Shown: one piece after another, positions 1-12,391 of the stretch
Layout: every line of letters starts with the position of its first letter
Position numbering within the stretch: position 1 is the stretch's first letter
DNA from: Octopus vulgaris
Lineage: Eukaryota
Assembly (NCBI GenBank): GCA_951406725.2
Contig: OX597815.1
Span: forward strand, 193,130,001-193,194,000
Direction of reading: 5' to 3'
DNA: 64,000 bases
Notes under the pieces: generated by a model
The model's database searches: none
Seen by the model: the letters and a program-made list of their open reading frames with translations, nothing else
Told to the model about the DNA's origin: nothing
Made by a program: the position numbers and the translations under genes

Positions 1-130
1 CATATTATGTGAAGCACAATAAATGTTTTCATGTGGTATTTATTTTATCAATCTTTATCGAAGGGCCGACAGGTTGTACAGAACTACAACGGTAACAGTC
101 GCAATCGAAGGTATATCCACATGAATATAT

Positions 131-362
131 ATTTCTCTACTACTCACAAGGGGCTAGACACAGAGGGGACAAACAAGGACAGACAAACGGATTAAGTCGA
201 TTACATCGACCCCAGTGCGTAACTGGTACTTAATTTATCGACCCCGAAAGGATGAAAGGTAAAGTCGACCTCGGCGGAATTTGAACTCGGAACGTAACGA
301 CAGACGAAATACGGCTACGCATTTCGCCCGGCGTGCTAACGTTTCTGCCAGCTCACCGCCTT
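131..362 (-). mobile_element. SINE family 1 (~230 bp, tRNA-like head)
   Basis: Head AAGGCGGCGAGCTGGCAG with B-box-like GAGTTCAAATTCC, core GCCTTTCATCCTTTCGGGGTCGATAAATTAAGTACCAG, tail GTAGTAAAGAAAT. Further copies near 10046-10277, 27985-28190, 30105-30310, 38017-38216, 41886-42045 and 46715-46935. Confidence 0.85.
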
Positions 363-423
363 ATCGACACGAATATATATACGCGCGTGCGTGTCCGCGT
401 GTGTGCACGAATGCATGCTTATG

Positions 424-463
<40 letters not shown>

Positions 464-472
464 CGTGTCTGC

Positions 473-507
<35 letters not shown>

Positions 508-580
508 CGTGTCTGTGTGTGTATATGTGTATGTGTGTATGTGTGTGTGAAGCCTAGTTTCTAGTTGTTCACAGTACAAT

Positions 581-812
581 GCGGCGAGCTGGCAGAAACG
601 TTAGCACGCCGGGCGAAATGCTAAGCGGTATTTCGTCTGCCGCTATGTTCTGAGTTCAAATTCCGCCAAGGTCGACTTTGCCTTTCATCCTTTCGCAGTC
701 GATTAAATAAGTACCAGTTACGCACTGGGGTCGATATAATCGACTTAATCCGTTTGTCTGTCCTTGTTTGTCCTCTCTGTGTTTAGCCCCTTGTGGGTAG
801 TAAAGAAATAGG
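581..812 (+). mobile_element. SINE family 1 copy with TSD GTACAATGC
   Basis: Full-length copy flanked by a direct repeat; inverted relative to 131-362. Confidence 0.85.
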
Positions 813-1771
813 TACAATGCAATAGGATCGATCTTGGAGACTTCTAGTTCTGGAAGGAATTTCTTAACTACAAAGTGATGAGTGCACCTGTAAAAGTAAT
901 AGACTTAAATTAATTGAATTTACTGCTCCAATTAAATTAATACAATTAAGGGATTAAGCACATGATGAATGTGTGTGAGCTGAGAATGACAGATTGACAG
1001 AGATGGCCCAAACAGTAGACAGAAAAGTAGGATTTTATAATATGCATTTTCATGCGCTAGAGCCTAAAATCAATTAAATAATTTCAATAGAAGCAGATCA
1101 ATTAAGTCAACTATATTCCTCCCTTCTAATTTAACCTTACATCTAGTCAAAAGCAAATAAGGTTTCGTTTTTGGATTTGGTTTGCAAGATTCTGAGACAA
1201 AACTATTGAAAAAAAAAATTTAAAGAAAGGGGAAATTTTACCGGTGAGTGTGTTACATAATAAGGCACAAAAATAAAATGACTCTCCCCAAACGCAAATA
1301 ATGTTTTTAATAGCAGAATCAAGTACTCAGAATAATGGAGGCAGCTATAACAGAGTACTTAAGAAGTTTGCCATTTTGTTTGCTTTGTGGCAGAGGTTTC
1401 AGGTTCTTCATCTATTTAATGCCAAGTTCCCTTGGGAATTTGAAGCTTCCTCGACAATGTGATTATTATTATTACCATTATTATTATGTGATTAAAAGTC
1501 ACAGTTTATTTTGCTGGATATGGTGGAAAGTGTCAGCTGTCCACACACAGCAGACTAAGGTGACACTTGTTTACTGGTCATGCTTCAAAAACCCTGCGAA
1601 GAATTCTTTCAGTTCCAAGCAATGCTGATTTTTGTTGGTGTTCTACCTTCACACTTGCACCGATCTTTTTCAGCCATGTTGGTAGTTGAGTGCTGATACT
1701 TCCAAGTGTACCAATTACTATTGGTATCACGTCTACTCTCCCCATTTACCACAACCTTCGTATTTCCCGTC

Positions 1772-1842
<71 letters not shown>

Positions 1843-1869
1843 CATATACATATATATATATACATATAA

Positions 1870-2068
1870 TAATAAATATTAGGGAATAAATCCAAATTTA
1901 CAGGGAAATCAGTTTTAGGATTGAATCCAATTTTATAGTAAAATATTATATAATATTAATTAGAGACAAAACCACTATTTTGCAAATTAAACAAAGAAAG
2001 ACTTAATCCAATACATAAAAATTTAATATAAATTAAATAAAATTAAATTCGCCACTACAATTGTTTCG
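1870..2068 (-). mobile_element. Truncated Penelope-like terminal repeat fragment with half a hammerhead
   Basis: AT-rich island between (TA)n tracts. The minus strand begins CGAAAC-AATT-GTA-GTGGCG (3' half of a minimal HHR); the CTGANGA half is absent. Confidence 0.45.
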
Positions 2069-2085
2069 TATATACATATACACAC

Positions 2086-2118
<33 letters not shown>

Positions 2119-2486
2119 AATATAATTAATTAATAAGGGTGAGAGAATTAGATACTAATTTAATAGTATATTTATTTTATATTTATTTTGTAAAAATATT
2201 ATAATATGTTATAAAATATTATAATAATCCAGGTTTCTCGGAGCACTAGGCCACTTGGTGTTGAATAAATATACTATTAAATTAGTATCTAATTCTCTCA
2301 CCCTTATTAATTAATTATAATTATGCTGCATTTATTTCTAAATGCTGTATTTGTTTTCCGTGAAAGTTTGGCGCGCTGTTGGTTGGGGCATTTGAATTAT
2401 AACGTCGGATGTAATCAATTGAACCACACGCGTATTTATCGTTATGGTAAAATCTGGCGTGTGATTGAGTGGATTTCATCCAGATA

Positions 2487-2571
2487 GTTTTGGCTGACGA
2501 GCTACAAATGGATTTTTTTTGTAAGTAAAATTACATTTAATTCATTAATAGCGAAACAATTGTCCCAAAAT
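2487..2571 (+). ncRNA. Type I hammerhead ribozyme (unit 1)
   Basis: Stem I GTTTTGG/CCAAAAT, core CTGACGA 2494-2500, stem II GCTA...TAGC, GAAA 2553-2556, minimal stem III C-AATT-G with a palindromic loop, GTC cleavage triplet 2562-2564. Confidence 0.8.
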
Positions 2572-3022
2572 AATCTGTATTTTTGTTATTTTTTATTTGC
2601 CCTGTCCGTGTGAGCTAACAATCGTACTGACTTTCATGGAAAACATGTATTTTCGTGGTTGAAACCTTTTGGATTAACTGGTGCTAGAGTGAGCAATATA
2701 GTGACCACTCTCTTATATTTATTTTGTAAAAATATTATAATATGTTATAAAATATTATAATAATCCAGGTTTCTCGGAGCACTAGGCCACTTGGTGTTGA
2801 ATAAATATACTATTAAATTAGTATCTAATTCTCTCACCCTTATTAATTAATTATAATTATGCTGCATTTATTTCTAAATGCTGTATTTGTTTTCCGTGAA
2901 AGTTTGGCGCGCTGTTGGTTGGGGCATTTGAATTATAACGTCGGATGTAATCAATTGAACCACACGCGTATTTATCGTTATGGTAAAATCTGGCGTGTGA
3001 TTGAGTGGATTTCATCCAGATA

Positions 3023-3107
3023 GTTTTGGCTGACGAGCTACAAATGGATTTTTTTTGTAAGTAAAATTACATTTAATTCATTAATAGCGAAACAATTGTC
3101 CCAAAAT
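3023..3107 (+). ncRNA. Type I hammerhead ribozyme (unit 2)
   Basis: Same as 2487-2571 shifted by 536 nt (CTGACGA at 3030-3036). Confidence 0.8.
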
Positions 3108-3260
3108 AATCTGTATTTTTGTTATTTTTTATTTGCCCTGTCCGTGTGAGCTAACAATCGTACTGACTTTCATGGAAAACATGTATTTTCGTGGTTGAAA
3201 CCTTTTGGATTAACTGGTGCTAGAGTGAGCAATATAGTGACCACTCTCTTATATTTATTT

Positions 3261-3303
<43 letters not shown>

Positions 3304-3706
3304 TATATACATACATACATATATATATATGCGTGTGTGTATGTTTGTGTGTCTGTGTTTGTCCCCCTAACATCGCTTGACAACCGATGCTGGTGTGGTT
3401 ACGTCCCTGTAACTTAGCGGTTCGGCAAAAGAGACCGATAGAATAAATACTATGCTTACAAATAATAAGTCCTGGGACTCATTTGCTCGACTAAAGGCGG
3501 TGCTCCAGTATGACTACAGTCACATGACTGAAACAATTAAAAGAGTAGGTATATCTTTGTATTATATTAGGATCATAGCTTGAGGAGTTTTGACTTGGAT
3601 TCCCATTATTCATTATCGTTACATCATCATTGTTCTCATCATCATCATCATCATCATAAACATCCAAAGTTGATTATGTCAATGTTTTCATTTCTTCCCT
3701 TTTCAG

Positions 3707-3817
3707 ATACAAAACGAACGACCACAATACTTTGACAATAACTTGACTGCAGCAATTCTAGTCACCATTTTCTGCTTTTTTCCAACAGGCATTCCTGCTA
3801 TTATTTATGCATCTAAA
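3707..3817 (+). CDS. Dispanin/CD225-family gene copy A, first CD225 exon (IQNERPQYFDNNLTAAILVTIFCFFPTGIPAIIYASK)
   Basis: Pyrimidine tract + AG at 3705-3706, GTAAGT donor at 3818, 111 nt, phase 0/0. The hydrophobic segment with FCxxPxG..AIIYA is typical of CD225. A paralogous exon lies at 37647. Window bases 1-130 match the intron that follows the Pro-rich exon in copies B and C, so the upstream exons of A lie just left of the window. Confidence 0.9.
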
Positions 3818-4029
3818 GTAAGTAAAATACGAACATTTCTTACAAGAAATCTTATTCATTTCCATACCTTTTATCCAGTCGCGGCTGTGTGATAAGAGGT
3901 TTGCTTCCCAACCACATGGTTCTGGGTTCAGTCCTAGAGCAAGTGCTTTCTGCAATAGTCTGGTATTGATCAAAGCCTTGTGAGTGGATTAAGCACATGG
4001 AAAGTTAAAGAATCCTGTTATACACATAT

Positions 4030-4143
<114 letters not shown>

Positions 4144-4178
4144 CACATACATACATACATACGTACACACACACACGC

Positions 4179-4215
<37 letters not shown>

Positions 4216-4422
4216 CATTCTATTTTCAAATTCTTCCAGGTCAAATTTGGCTTTGATCGTTTAGTGATAGATAAAATAAGTACTTGTTGGATACTGGGGT
4301 TGATGCCCATTCCTCCAAAATTGCTGGCCTTGTACTAAAATTAGAAACCAATATATTTGCGGTTGTTGAGTTTTATTAGCGTGCTTTAAATACAATCAAA
4401 TTCTTGTCTTTCTATTTTCTAG

Positions 4423-4641
4423 GCAAATACAAGGATCCGAAATGGAGATATAGCAGGTGCAAACGAAGCTAAAGCGACTGCAAGACGATTTATCATAGTA
4501 TCAATTCTCGTTGGTTCACTCTGTTTTATTGCTATAATAGTTCTGTCATTTGTTCTAAGTAGACTAGGATATGCTTATCATGGAAGTGGTTCTGCCAATA
4601 ACCATGACTTAATATCCGAAAAGATTTTAGATTCAGATTAA
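4423..4641 (+). CDS. Dispanin/CD225 gene copy A, terminal coding exon (ANTRIRNGDIAGANEAKATARRFIIVSILVGSLCFIAIIVLSFVL...DSD*)
   Basis: ttctAG acceptor at 4421-4422, in frame with the previous exon. GDxxGA motif followed by a transmembrane helix; TAA at 4639-4641. Paralogous to 42437. Confidence 0.9.
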   Translation, partial: ANTRIRNGDIAGANEAKATARRFIIVSILVGSLCFIAIIVLSFVLSRLGYAYHGSGSANNHDLISEKILDSD

Positions 4642-5130
4642 ATGAAGTATGTTCTTTTTCATATGCTTCATCAATTATTATCACAAAATATTCTCAGTAA
4701 GAGATGTTTAAATATATTGAGAACTTCAGTTAATAAATGGTATGTTTGGTAATAAATGACATAATGTTAAATATTGAACAATGATATATTCTGATCGGTG
4801 ATCTCTATGGTTTCAGCCTGATGGCAAGAACTAATAAAACACTAAAACTATGAGAGTATAGAGATATTCCTGCACCTATTGTACCATTCCTTCTCTCCAG
4901 TTGAATCACCCACGAAAGCAATGGGTGATGTTGTTGCATTTTGGTTTTATTTTAATAATCTTTGGCATTATCGCAGGAACGGTCAAACTTTAAAATCATT
5001 TTATAAAAATATATGTTAAATAAAGCAAATTTTTAAACTCTTTCCTATTTTTTTCAAAATGATGCCTTAAAACCCGATATTCATATGAGTGTTTAACATT
5101 TACATGAGCGTTCAACTCTGTTTAGCATTT

Positions 5131-5531
5131 ACTGGCAATATAACCCAGCGTTGCTCAGGCTTGTTGTCTTTTCGACCCTTTAGAATTGGAATTTTTGAAA
5201 AGTAAAAGTTTTGCATTATGTAGCTTGTTATTCTCTTTAAGTGAACATTTTTCTGGTTGAAATACACCGAAAAATGACGACACAGCAGTCAAAAAATCGT
5301 AAAAAATAGGGATTTTCATAGAAAAAAAACACCTTTTTGATGTAAATAAGTTTTGTTCTTAACATGGTCCGATTTGAATTTTATCTTCTACGGAATGAAG
5401 AGCAAGCCTTCTTCTATCATACTCTCAATTTTGGTTAACTTGCGCCGCAGGGTCTCGGAGGAGATAGTGTTAGTTGAAGGCTACCAAACATGCCATACAC
5501 AGACAGCTTCAGCTTTATATATAGAGAGATT
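5131..5531 (-). mobile_element. Non-autonomous Helentron/HINE-like element
   Basis: The minus strand starts ATCTCTCTATATATAAAGC..GTCTGTG and ends with hairpin CCTGAGCAACGCTGGG...CCAGT. Same terminal structure as 14030-14412; absent from the paralogous 3' region of copy B. Confidence 0.55.
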
Positions 5532-5716
5532 AGACACTACATAAGCAAAAGATAAGCCATTATATACATATTTTGACAAACACGTCAACACAAAATGTTA
5601 GATAATGGTAGATAGAAACAGCTAAAACTGAAAACTAAATTCAGATATTGATTACAAATGTAGAGAAATATTTCTGGTAGCTTTCATTCATAAATATTAG
5701 GGTTAATATTGGTTTA

Positions 5717-6035
5717 TCATCATCATTGTTCGACCGTGGTCGAGACAATGGGATTTACTATGTTACGCCAGACTTCACAGTCCATCATAGCATTACGGAG
5801 GTCCTGTTGCTGAATGCCTGTATCCCTGGAGATTACATCAGGGTAGGAGAGTGTGCGCCCTCTGGTATCGCGAGCAGATGGCTTCCAGAGGAGAAGAGTA
5901 GAAATTACCTCGTTTTCAGCTCTACAACAATGTCCAGCAAACGGGACTCTTCTACCTTTCACAAGAGATGACACAGGTGCTAATTTCCCATATATTTGTA
6001 CTTTGGTTGGATGACGCTTCCACGAGAGATTTTGG
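5717..6035 (-). mobile_element. 5'-truncated RTE-like LINE 3' end
   Basis: Encodes RRVPFAGHCCRA..LLLWKPS..RGRTLSYPDVISRDTG...WR with an (ATG)n tail; second copy at 29781-30075. Confidence 0.7.
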
Positions 6036-6385
6036 TTTAAATATTTCTTATCATGACAAACAAGGGGAAGTGGAGTTCACAACAACCAAACTAATAGTAT
6101 TTTGCAGACAAGAAAGTTAAATCTTCAACACAGTAAAGCTGTAAGGACAACAGCAGAAGATTGGGTATCTACCCTTATAAAACAGAAGCTGCCGGTGGGC
6201 GGCTACTGGACTCGCACCCACTTCCTTCAGATACCGTTTATGGAGTGGACCACAAAGTTCAACTGCACCCCCGCAACAATCACAGTTAAATTATCCATCA
6301 ATTAATCAACTTGTATACTCTATGACGAACGGCAGCAGCAGCAGTAACGATGGCAATGATACTACTGATACTGCTGCTGCTGCTG

Positions 6386-6434
<49 letters not shown>

Positions 6435-6454
6435 ATGCCAAAGACTGACGTAGG

Positions 6455-7080
6455 AAGGCAATAACAAGATATGTGGGCAGACGTAGACACCCTACCCCGA
6501 GACTGACCAAACAGCGCCACCCAAGAGCAATTCTTAAATTATTTCTACATGCCGAACATTCAAGTGGAAAGGCACTAAGAAGAAATGTAGGCAAATATAG
6601 ACATCATCAACCGAGACTAACCAGACGGCGCCGCCCAAGTGCAATTCTTAAAGGAGACCCTCGTAGTAAATCATTCTGCTGACCTCATTAGTACTGAAGA
6701 ATTCATTCTCATTCCCACTTATCTGGGAAAATAGAGAGTGAGGGTGAATACATATGATGTGCCACCAGAAGTCGTTATCTGATGAATGGTGGTGTGCGGA
6801 GATCTGGCCGTAAGTGGCATTCTCCCTGACATGAAATATATCCAAGAGAACTGATTCGGAACAATACTGGAAGATTTATTAGATGAATCTAGAAGAGCTG
6901 GTAAAAAGATCTTGGCCTAATATAGCTCATAAACAAGGGAGACTTTCACGTCACTGTGGAATGAAGAAGATCAAAATTCATATATGTGGTGACGCCTTCT
7001 ACCCGCAATAGAAGGTGAAAGTATGGAGGCACCGCTGTTTTGAACATCAGAGACATCAAACATAATTACAATGCCAGCAA
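6455..7080 (+). pseudogene. Degenerate ORF1-like relic of a non-LTR retrotransposon, shared with paralogous 46065-46620
   Basis: One frame reads VQFLKETLVVNHSADLISTEEFILIPTYLGK*RVRVNTYDVPPEV, loosely resembling the ORF1-like peptide at 63390. Multiple stops. Confidence 0.4.
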
Positions 7081-7732
7081 CAACGTGCAACCATAATATT
7101 AGTAATAGCAATTACAACAACAACAGCAACAAAAAATGTGTTTATGAATGTATGCATTAGCCATCCGTGACCTCTTTAAGGAGCTGGACTCTTGTTGAAG
7201 GTAACTTCGGTCTCAGATCTGCTGAGATTCGTTTGTTATACTGTAAAGATTTATTAGTGTAGTACCTTACATGGTGAGGGGTAGGTGAGTAGAGGGTAGG
7301 TGTATGTGTGAGCATCTGCGTGTGAAAGGGGTGCGTGTGAGTGTGTGGTCTAACATGCGTGCTAATGTGGCTGGATCAACCAAAAGGCAAAATTAAAAGC
7401 GGTCACAAAAGTGAAAGAGTGTGCCGACTAGCACCACTTTTGCTAAAGGTAAGAGTTAAACTAACTCAAACGCCAAACAATCACTGATATGACTGACAAA
7501 GCTGGGTAAATCCCCGGCGTACATAGCCGGATCGCGATTTCAGATTTTGAAGTAAACCATCTTAATCCTCATCAGCGGCTTTTAAACACCTAAAGTTAGA
7601 CTCACCTACCTCTGTCAGTCTTATAGAGAAAACTGTAGAGAACGTGTGCTGATTATCAAAACAGTGAAAATGTAAGGAACAAATTGAAAAGAGTGGCTTA
7701 TTAGCAATTAGAATCTAAAAGCAAAATAAACA

Positions 7733-8140
7733 GAGGCGCAGGAGTGGCTGTGTGGTAAGTAGCTTGCTAACCAACCACATGGTTCCGGGTTCAGTCCCAC
7801 TGCGTGGCATCTTGGGCAAGTGTCTTCTGCTATAGCCCCGGGCCGACCAATGCCTTGTGAGTGGATTTGGTAGACGGAAACTGAAAGAAGCCTGTCGTAT
7901 ATATGTGTATATATATATATATGTATGTGTTTGTGTGTCTGTGTTTGTCCCCCTAGCATTGCTTGACAACCGATGCTGGTGTGTTTACGTCCCCGTCACT
8001 TAGCGGTTCGGCAAAAGAGACCGATAGAATAAGTACTGGGCTTACAAAGAATAAGTCCCGGGGTCGATTTGCTCGACTAAAGGCGGTGCTCCAGCATGGC
8101 CGCAGTCAAATGACTGAAACAAGTAAAAGAGAGAGAGAGG
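7733..8140 (+). mobile_element. SINE family 2 (~400 bp, internal TA/TG microsatellite, LINE-like 3' tail)
   Basis: Head GGCGCAGGAGTGGCTGTGTGGTAAG..GGTTCAGTCCC, tail GGCGGTGCTCCAGCATGGCCGCAGTCAAATGACTGAAACAAGTAAAAGAG. Other copies near 31073-31505(+), 36608-37025(-), 42918-43370(-), 11815-12740(-); partial copies at 3330-3546 and 10420-10620. Confidence 0.85.
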
Positions 8141-9016
8141 TCATAAAAGTGACAAAGGGAGTGTGTCTGGCACCGTTTTTGCTCATCATTAGACGACGTA
8201 TGAGGGTTCGGCAATTTATGACTGAACAACCACACGGATGATTTGTTTATAGTGATCAAATGTTTATCTACACATAAGCTCACTTCCTCCATCAGATCGA
8301 TATTACCTGTACAAGTGCAACGGGTGACACATGTCAGATGTCGAAATTATCGCAGAGTAACGTGAATGCCCAAGAATGCAACGCCCGGTCTGGGAATCGA
8401 CCGTATTGTAACTTGCGATGAGAAGTGGATTTTGTATAGTAATAAAAAACCATTCTTCGCAGTGGTTGAACGAAAATGAAGCACGGAAGACCTTCCCTAA
8501 ACCTGAGCTCTTCAAAAAGAAGGTTATGGCGAAGGTTTGGTCGTGTACTGCTGGACTCATTCACTATAACTTCTTAAAACCCAGAAGAACTATTACTGCA
8601 GAAACATATTGCCATGAAATTGCTAAATGAACGGAAAACTATTCTCCGTCCCAGACTGGTCAATAAGTCACTAACTACGACCCTGAAGTTGAGGGAACTT
8701 GGCTTTGAAGTTCTTCCTCACCCAGCTTATTCCCTAAACGTTTCGCTTACCGGCTACCACTTTTTCGAGCACCTCGATGATTTTCAGCGAGACAAGGAGT
8801 TCAAAAATCAAACCAATGCTGAAAGTGCGTAACTACAGTTCATCAGCTCCACAACTCAAGATTTTTATGTTACCGGAATAAACAAACTTGTAGCTCGTTG
8901 GCAAAAATATGCTGATTCTAACGGTACATACTTTCATGAATAAAATTTTCGCATTGAAATATATTGTGATGAATTTCATGTTTCCAAACGTTGCTTACTT
9001 TTTACTCAGCCTGATA
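8140..9016 (+). mobile_element. Decayed mariner (Tc1/mariner) transposon
   Basis: Fragments SQWL...PKPELFKKKVMAKVW...GLIHYNFLKPRRTITAETYC and LRELGFEVLPHPAYS..SLTGYHFFEHLD (HPxYSPDL-like motif); TIR-like end ...TTACTTTTTACTCAGCCTGATA. Confidence 0.8.
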
Positions 9017-10625
9017 CGTGCGTACGTTTCGGAAAAAAATCGTATGACGTTGGTTTCCATGTAAGTTTCATGTAAGTGCCACTTAAACTGTCTCTTTCTC
9101 TATCTATAAAAGAAAGATTTTTGGGTTTTTTTCCACTAGACCTGATAGAATAGTCTTAAATCCACCCCACCAGTAGTAAATCTAAATAGCAAAGTAAAAT
9201 CAATGATAAGCAGTATCTCCATGAAAAAATATTAATTACTACTATGTTTTTGTTGATGAAACTTGGTTTCTCTGCCTACCTACTTACCCTCTTTGGTATA
9301 TTGGTTAATGGAAAAAACTATAAAAATGAATCTCTTAAATTTAACTAAATTCTATATTTGTATGCAGCTGAAGATTGCTCTACATTTTAAAACTGATGTA
9401 ATACTTGCATTGTTCAATTAAATGGAGTCGCATGAAACGATCGTACTGCATTAACTCTGGACATCCTTGTTGCTTATTTTGATTCTAATCGCCCCATTTT
9501 GAATTATATGGATAAAACCATACTAAATTCTGGTGCATTTAACTTAAGTACCATAGTCAACTGAATCTAAATTTTTACTGAACTGCATATATATATATAT
9601 ATATACACACATATATAGATTTATATAAATAAGGATAAGATCGTTATTTTAAATACCGATCATATCATGTGGATAGCATTGCATGGGAATAAAATCCTCA
9701 TAGGTAAGAATTATTAAAATTATAATTAAGGGTATCAAAGCTTGACTGTAAAGTTTTAATAATTATTATATATATATGTGTATGTGTGTGTGTGTATCTG
9801 CGTGTAGAAAGAGAGGGAGGGAGAGAATGAGAGATTTTTTAGAAATGAATCCTCTTTCTGAATGTAAATTTCATTTCATGCTTCTGTCTTTCTCTCTCTC
9901 TCTCTCACACACAGACTCATACACACACATACACTTATTTGTTGTTGATATCGCAGTCCTTGACCTTATACCTTATATATATATGTATTTCAACGTCAAT
10001 GTTGTCAATACCGACACTGGTGATATGATACTCATATAATATATATTTCTTTACTACCCACAAGGGGCTAAACACACAGTGGACAAACAAGGACAGACAA
10101 AGGGATTAAGTCGATTACATCAACCCAGTGAGAAACTGGTACTTTATTTATCGACCCCCGAGAGGATGAAAGGCAAAGTCGACCTCGGCGGAATTTGAAC
10201 TCAGAACGTAACGGCAGACGAAATACGGCTACGCATTTCGCCCGGCGTGCTAACGTTTCTGCCAGCTCGCCGCCTTTATACTCGTATAATATAGATGAGT
10301 CATCATGTCTTGATATTTTGCATATCGTTTTCACTGCTGCTGTTAATTCGGTTGCTGTTTCTATTGCTGCTGTTGGCGATGTTTTTGATTTCATCGTTGG
10401 TCCATAGTCTTTTTTTTTTTTTACTTTTGCTTTTATTTATTTCAGTCATTTGACTGCAGCCATGCTGGAGCACCGCCATTTAGTCAAGCAAATCGATCCC
10501 AGGACTTATTCTTTGTAAGCCTAGTACTTATTCTATCGGTATATTTTGTAAACACACCAACATTGGTTGTCAAGCGATGTTGGGGGGACAAACACAGACA
10601 CACATACATATATACATATATATAC

Positions 10626-10661
<36 letters not shown>

Positions 10662-11196
10662 GGGTGGATGGATAGATAGATGGCTAGATAGATAAATAGG
10701 TTTGTAGGTAGGTAGGTAGATAGGTAAACATACATATCAAAGTTAGCTTGATTGTGGCTTGTGATGCAAATTACCGCCAATTTTAAAAAAAGCTCTTTGC
10801 GAGGAAAGGTTCAAGGGCTGTCATTAAAACCATGCAATTTGTTTGGCCATTAAATAATTGTTATCCGTATCATGTACTATGCAAGTCGTGTTTCCCACCA
10901 TATGAAGCCTACGTTAACACTGTCATAATTAAATAGGTTTCAATAAACATATGATCCATTTTCAAGCGCTGACTAATTCAAACTTTATATATGACTTTTT
11001 ATTTTTTAACACGGTACGATGTGGCTTCATAAAAATTTGCATGGAATTTACTTAAAGAGTGAGCAACTACAGAGCGTTACAAAACTTCTCAAACCGTTCA
11101 AACTGCGAACCAACTGCATCGATCTCTCTGGTTTATTCGTTCTATCCCTGATAACTCCATCATAAAAGAGAGACCATATTTTCAATAATTCTATTT

Positions 11197-11766
11197 GTCG
11201 ACTTTGCCTTTCATCCTCTCGGGGGTCGATAAATAAAGTACCAGTTTCTCACTGGGTTGATGTAATCGACTTAATCCCTTTGTCTGTCCTTGTTTGTCCC
11301 CTGTGTGTTTAGCCCCTTGTGGGTAGTAAAGAAATATATATTATATGAGTATCATATCACCCGTGTCGGTATTGACAACATTGACGTTGAAATACATATA
11401 TATATAAGGTATAAGGTCAAGGACTGCGATATCAACAACAAATAAGTGTATGTGTGTGTATGAGTCTGTGTGTGAGAGAGAGAGAGAGAAAGACAGAAGC
11501 ATTAAATGAAATTTACATTCAGAAAGAGGATTCATTTCTAAAAAAATCTCTCATTCTCTCCCTCCCTCTCTCTCTACACGCAGATACACACACACACATA
11601 CACATATATATATAATAATTATTAAAACTTTACAGTCAAGCTTTGATACCCTTAATTATAATTTTAATAATTCTTACCTATGAGGATTTTATTCCCATGC
11701 AATGCTATCCACATGATATGATCGGTATTTAAAATAACGATCTTATCCTTATTTATATAAATCTAT
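11197..11766 (+). repeat. Inverted duplicate of 9611-10183 (half SINE plus unique flank) with 19-bp TSD
   Basis: Reverse complement of 9611-10183 with only a handful of mismatches; ATATTTTCAATAATTCTAT at 11176-11194 and 11767-11785. Confidence 0.9.
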
Positions 11767-12045
11767 ATATTTTCAATAATTCTATGAATGTAAGCTCCAG
11801 AAGTAGTTACTTGCATTCTCTTTACTCTCTTTTTTACTCTTTTACTTGTTTCAATCATTTGACTGTGGCCATGCTGGAGCACCGCCTTTAGTCGAGCAAA
11901 TCGACCCCTGGACTTATTATTTGTAAGCCTAGTACTTATTCTATCCATCTCTTTTGCCGAACCGCTAAGTTACGGAGACGCAAACATACCAGCATCGGTT
12001 GTCAAACGATGTTGGGGGAGGGGACAAACACAGACACACACATAT

Positions 12046-12091
<46 letters not shown>

Positions 12092-12094
<3 letters not shown>

Positions 12095-12391
12095 CATGAC
12101 CGACCAGGTTATCAGATGTTGCTACACATCGCTGGTTACAATGCGCTTCGCATTGTTTTAGCCTTCAAACGACGCCACCCCGCTGGCTAAGAGAGCAGGC
12201 CAACAGAAGAAAGAGTGAGAGAAAGTTGTGGCAAAAGAGTACAACAGGGATAGCCACCACCCCCTGCAGGAGCCTCGTGAAGCTTTAGGTGTTTTCGCTA
12301 AATAAACACTCACAATGCCCGGTCTGGGAATCGAAACCGCGATCCTACGATCGCGAGTCCGCTGCCCTAACCACTGGGCCATTGCGCCTCC
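12092..12391 (-). mobile_element. SINE family 3 (tRNA-derived head) nested in the (TA)n of a family 2 SINE
   Basis: Minus-strand head GGAGGCGCAATGGCCCAGTGGTTAGGGCAGCGGACTCGCG..GGTTTCGATTCCC; related copies at 14632-14998(-) and 54586-54730(+, partial). Confidence 0.8.

Larger units (their letters stand above)
2121..3260 (+). repeat. Tandem 536-bp repeat (2 units) with a short inverted 5' segment, in (TA)n; Penelope pLTR/retrozyme-like
   Basis: About 2177-2712 is repeated at +536 with no differences seen. 2121-2176 is the reverse complement of 2264-2319. One hammerhead per unit. Confidence 0.85.

Noticed and set aside
12310-12391. tRNA-like sequences (also 14930-14998 and 54345-54365)
   Set aside because: They are A/B-box heads of SINEs continuing into SINE bodies; no complete cloverleaf was seen.
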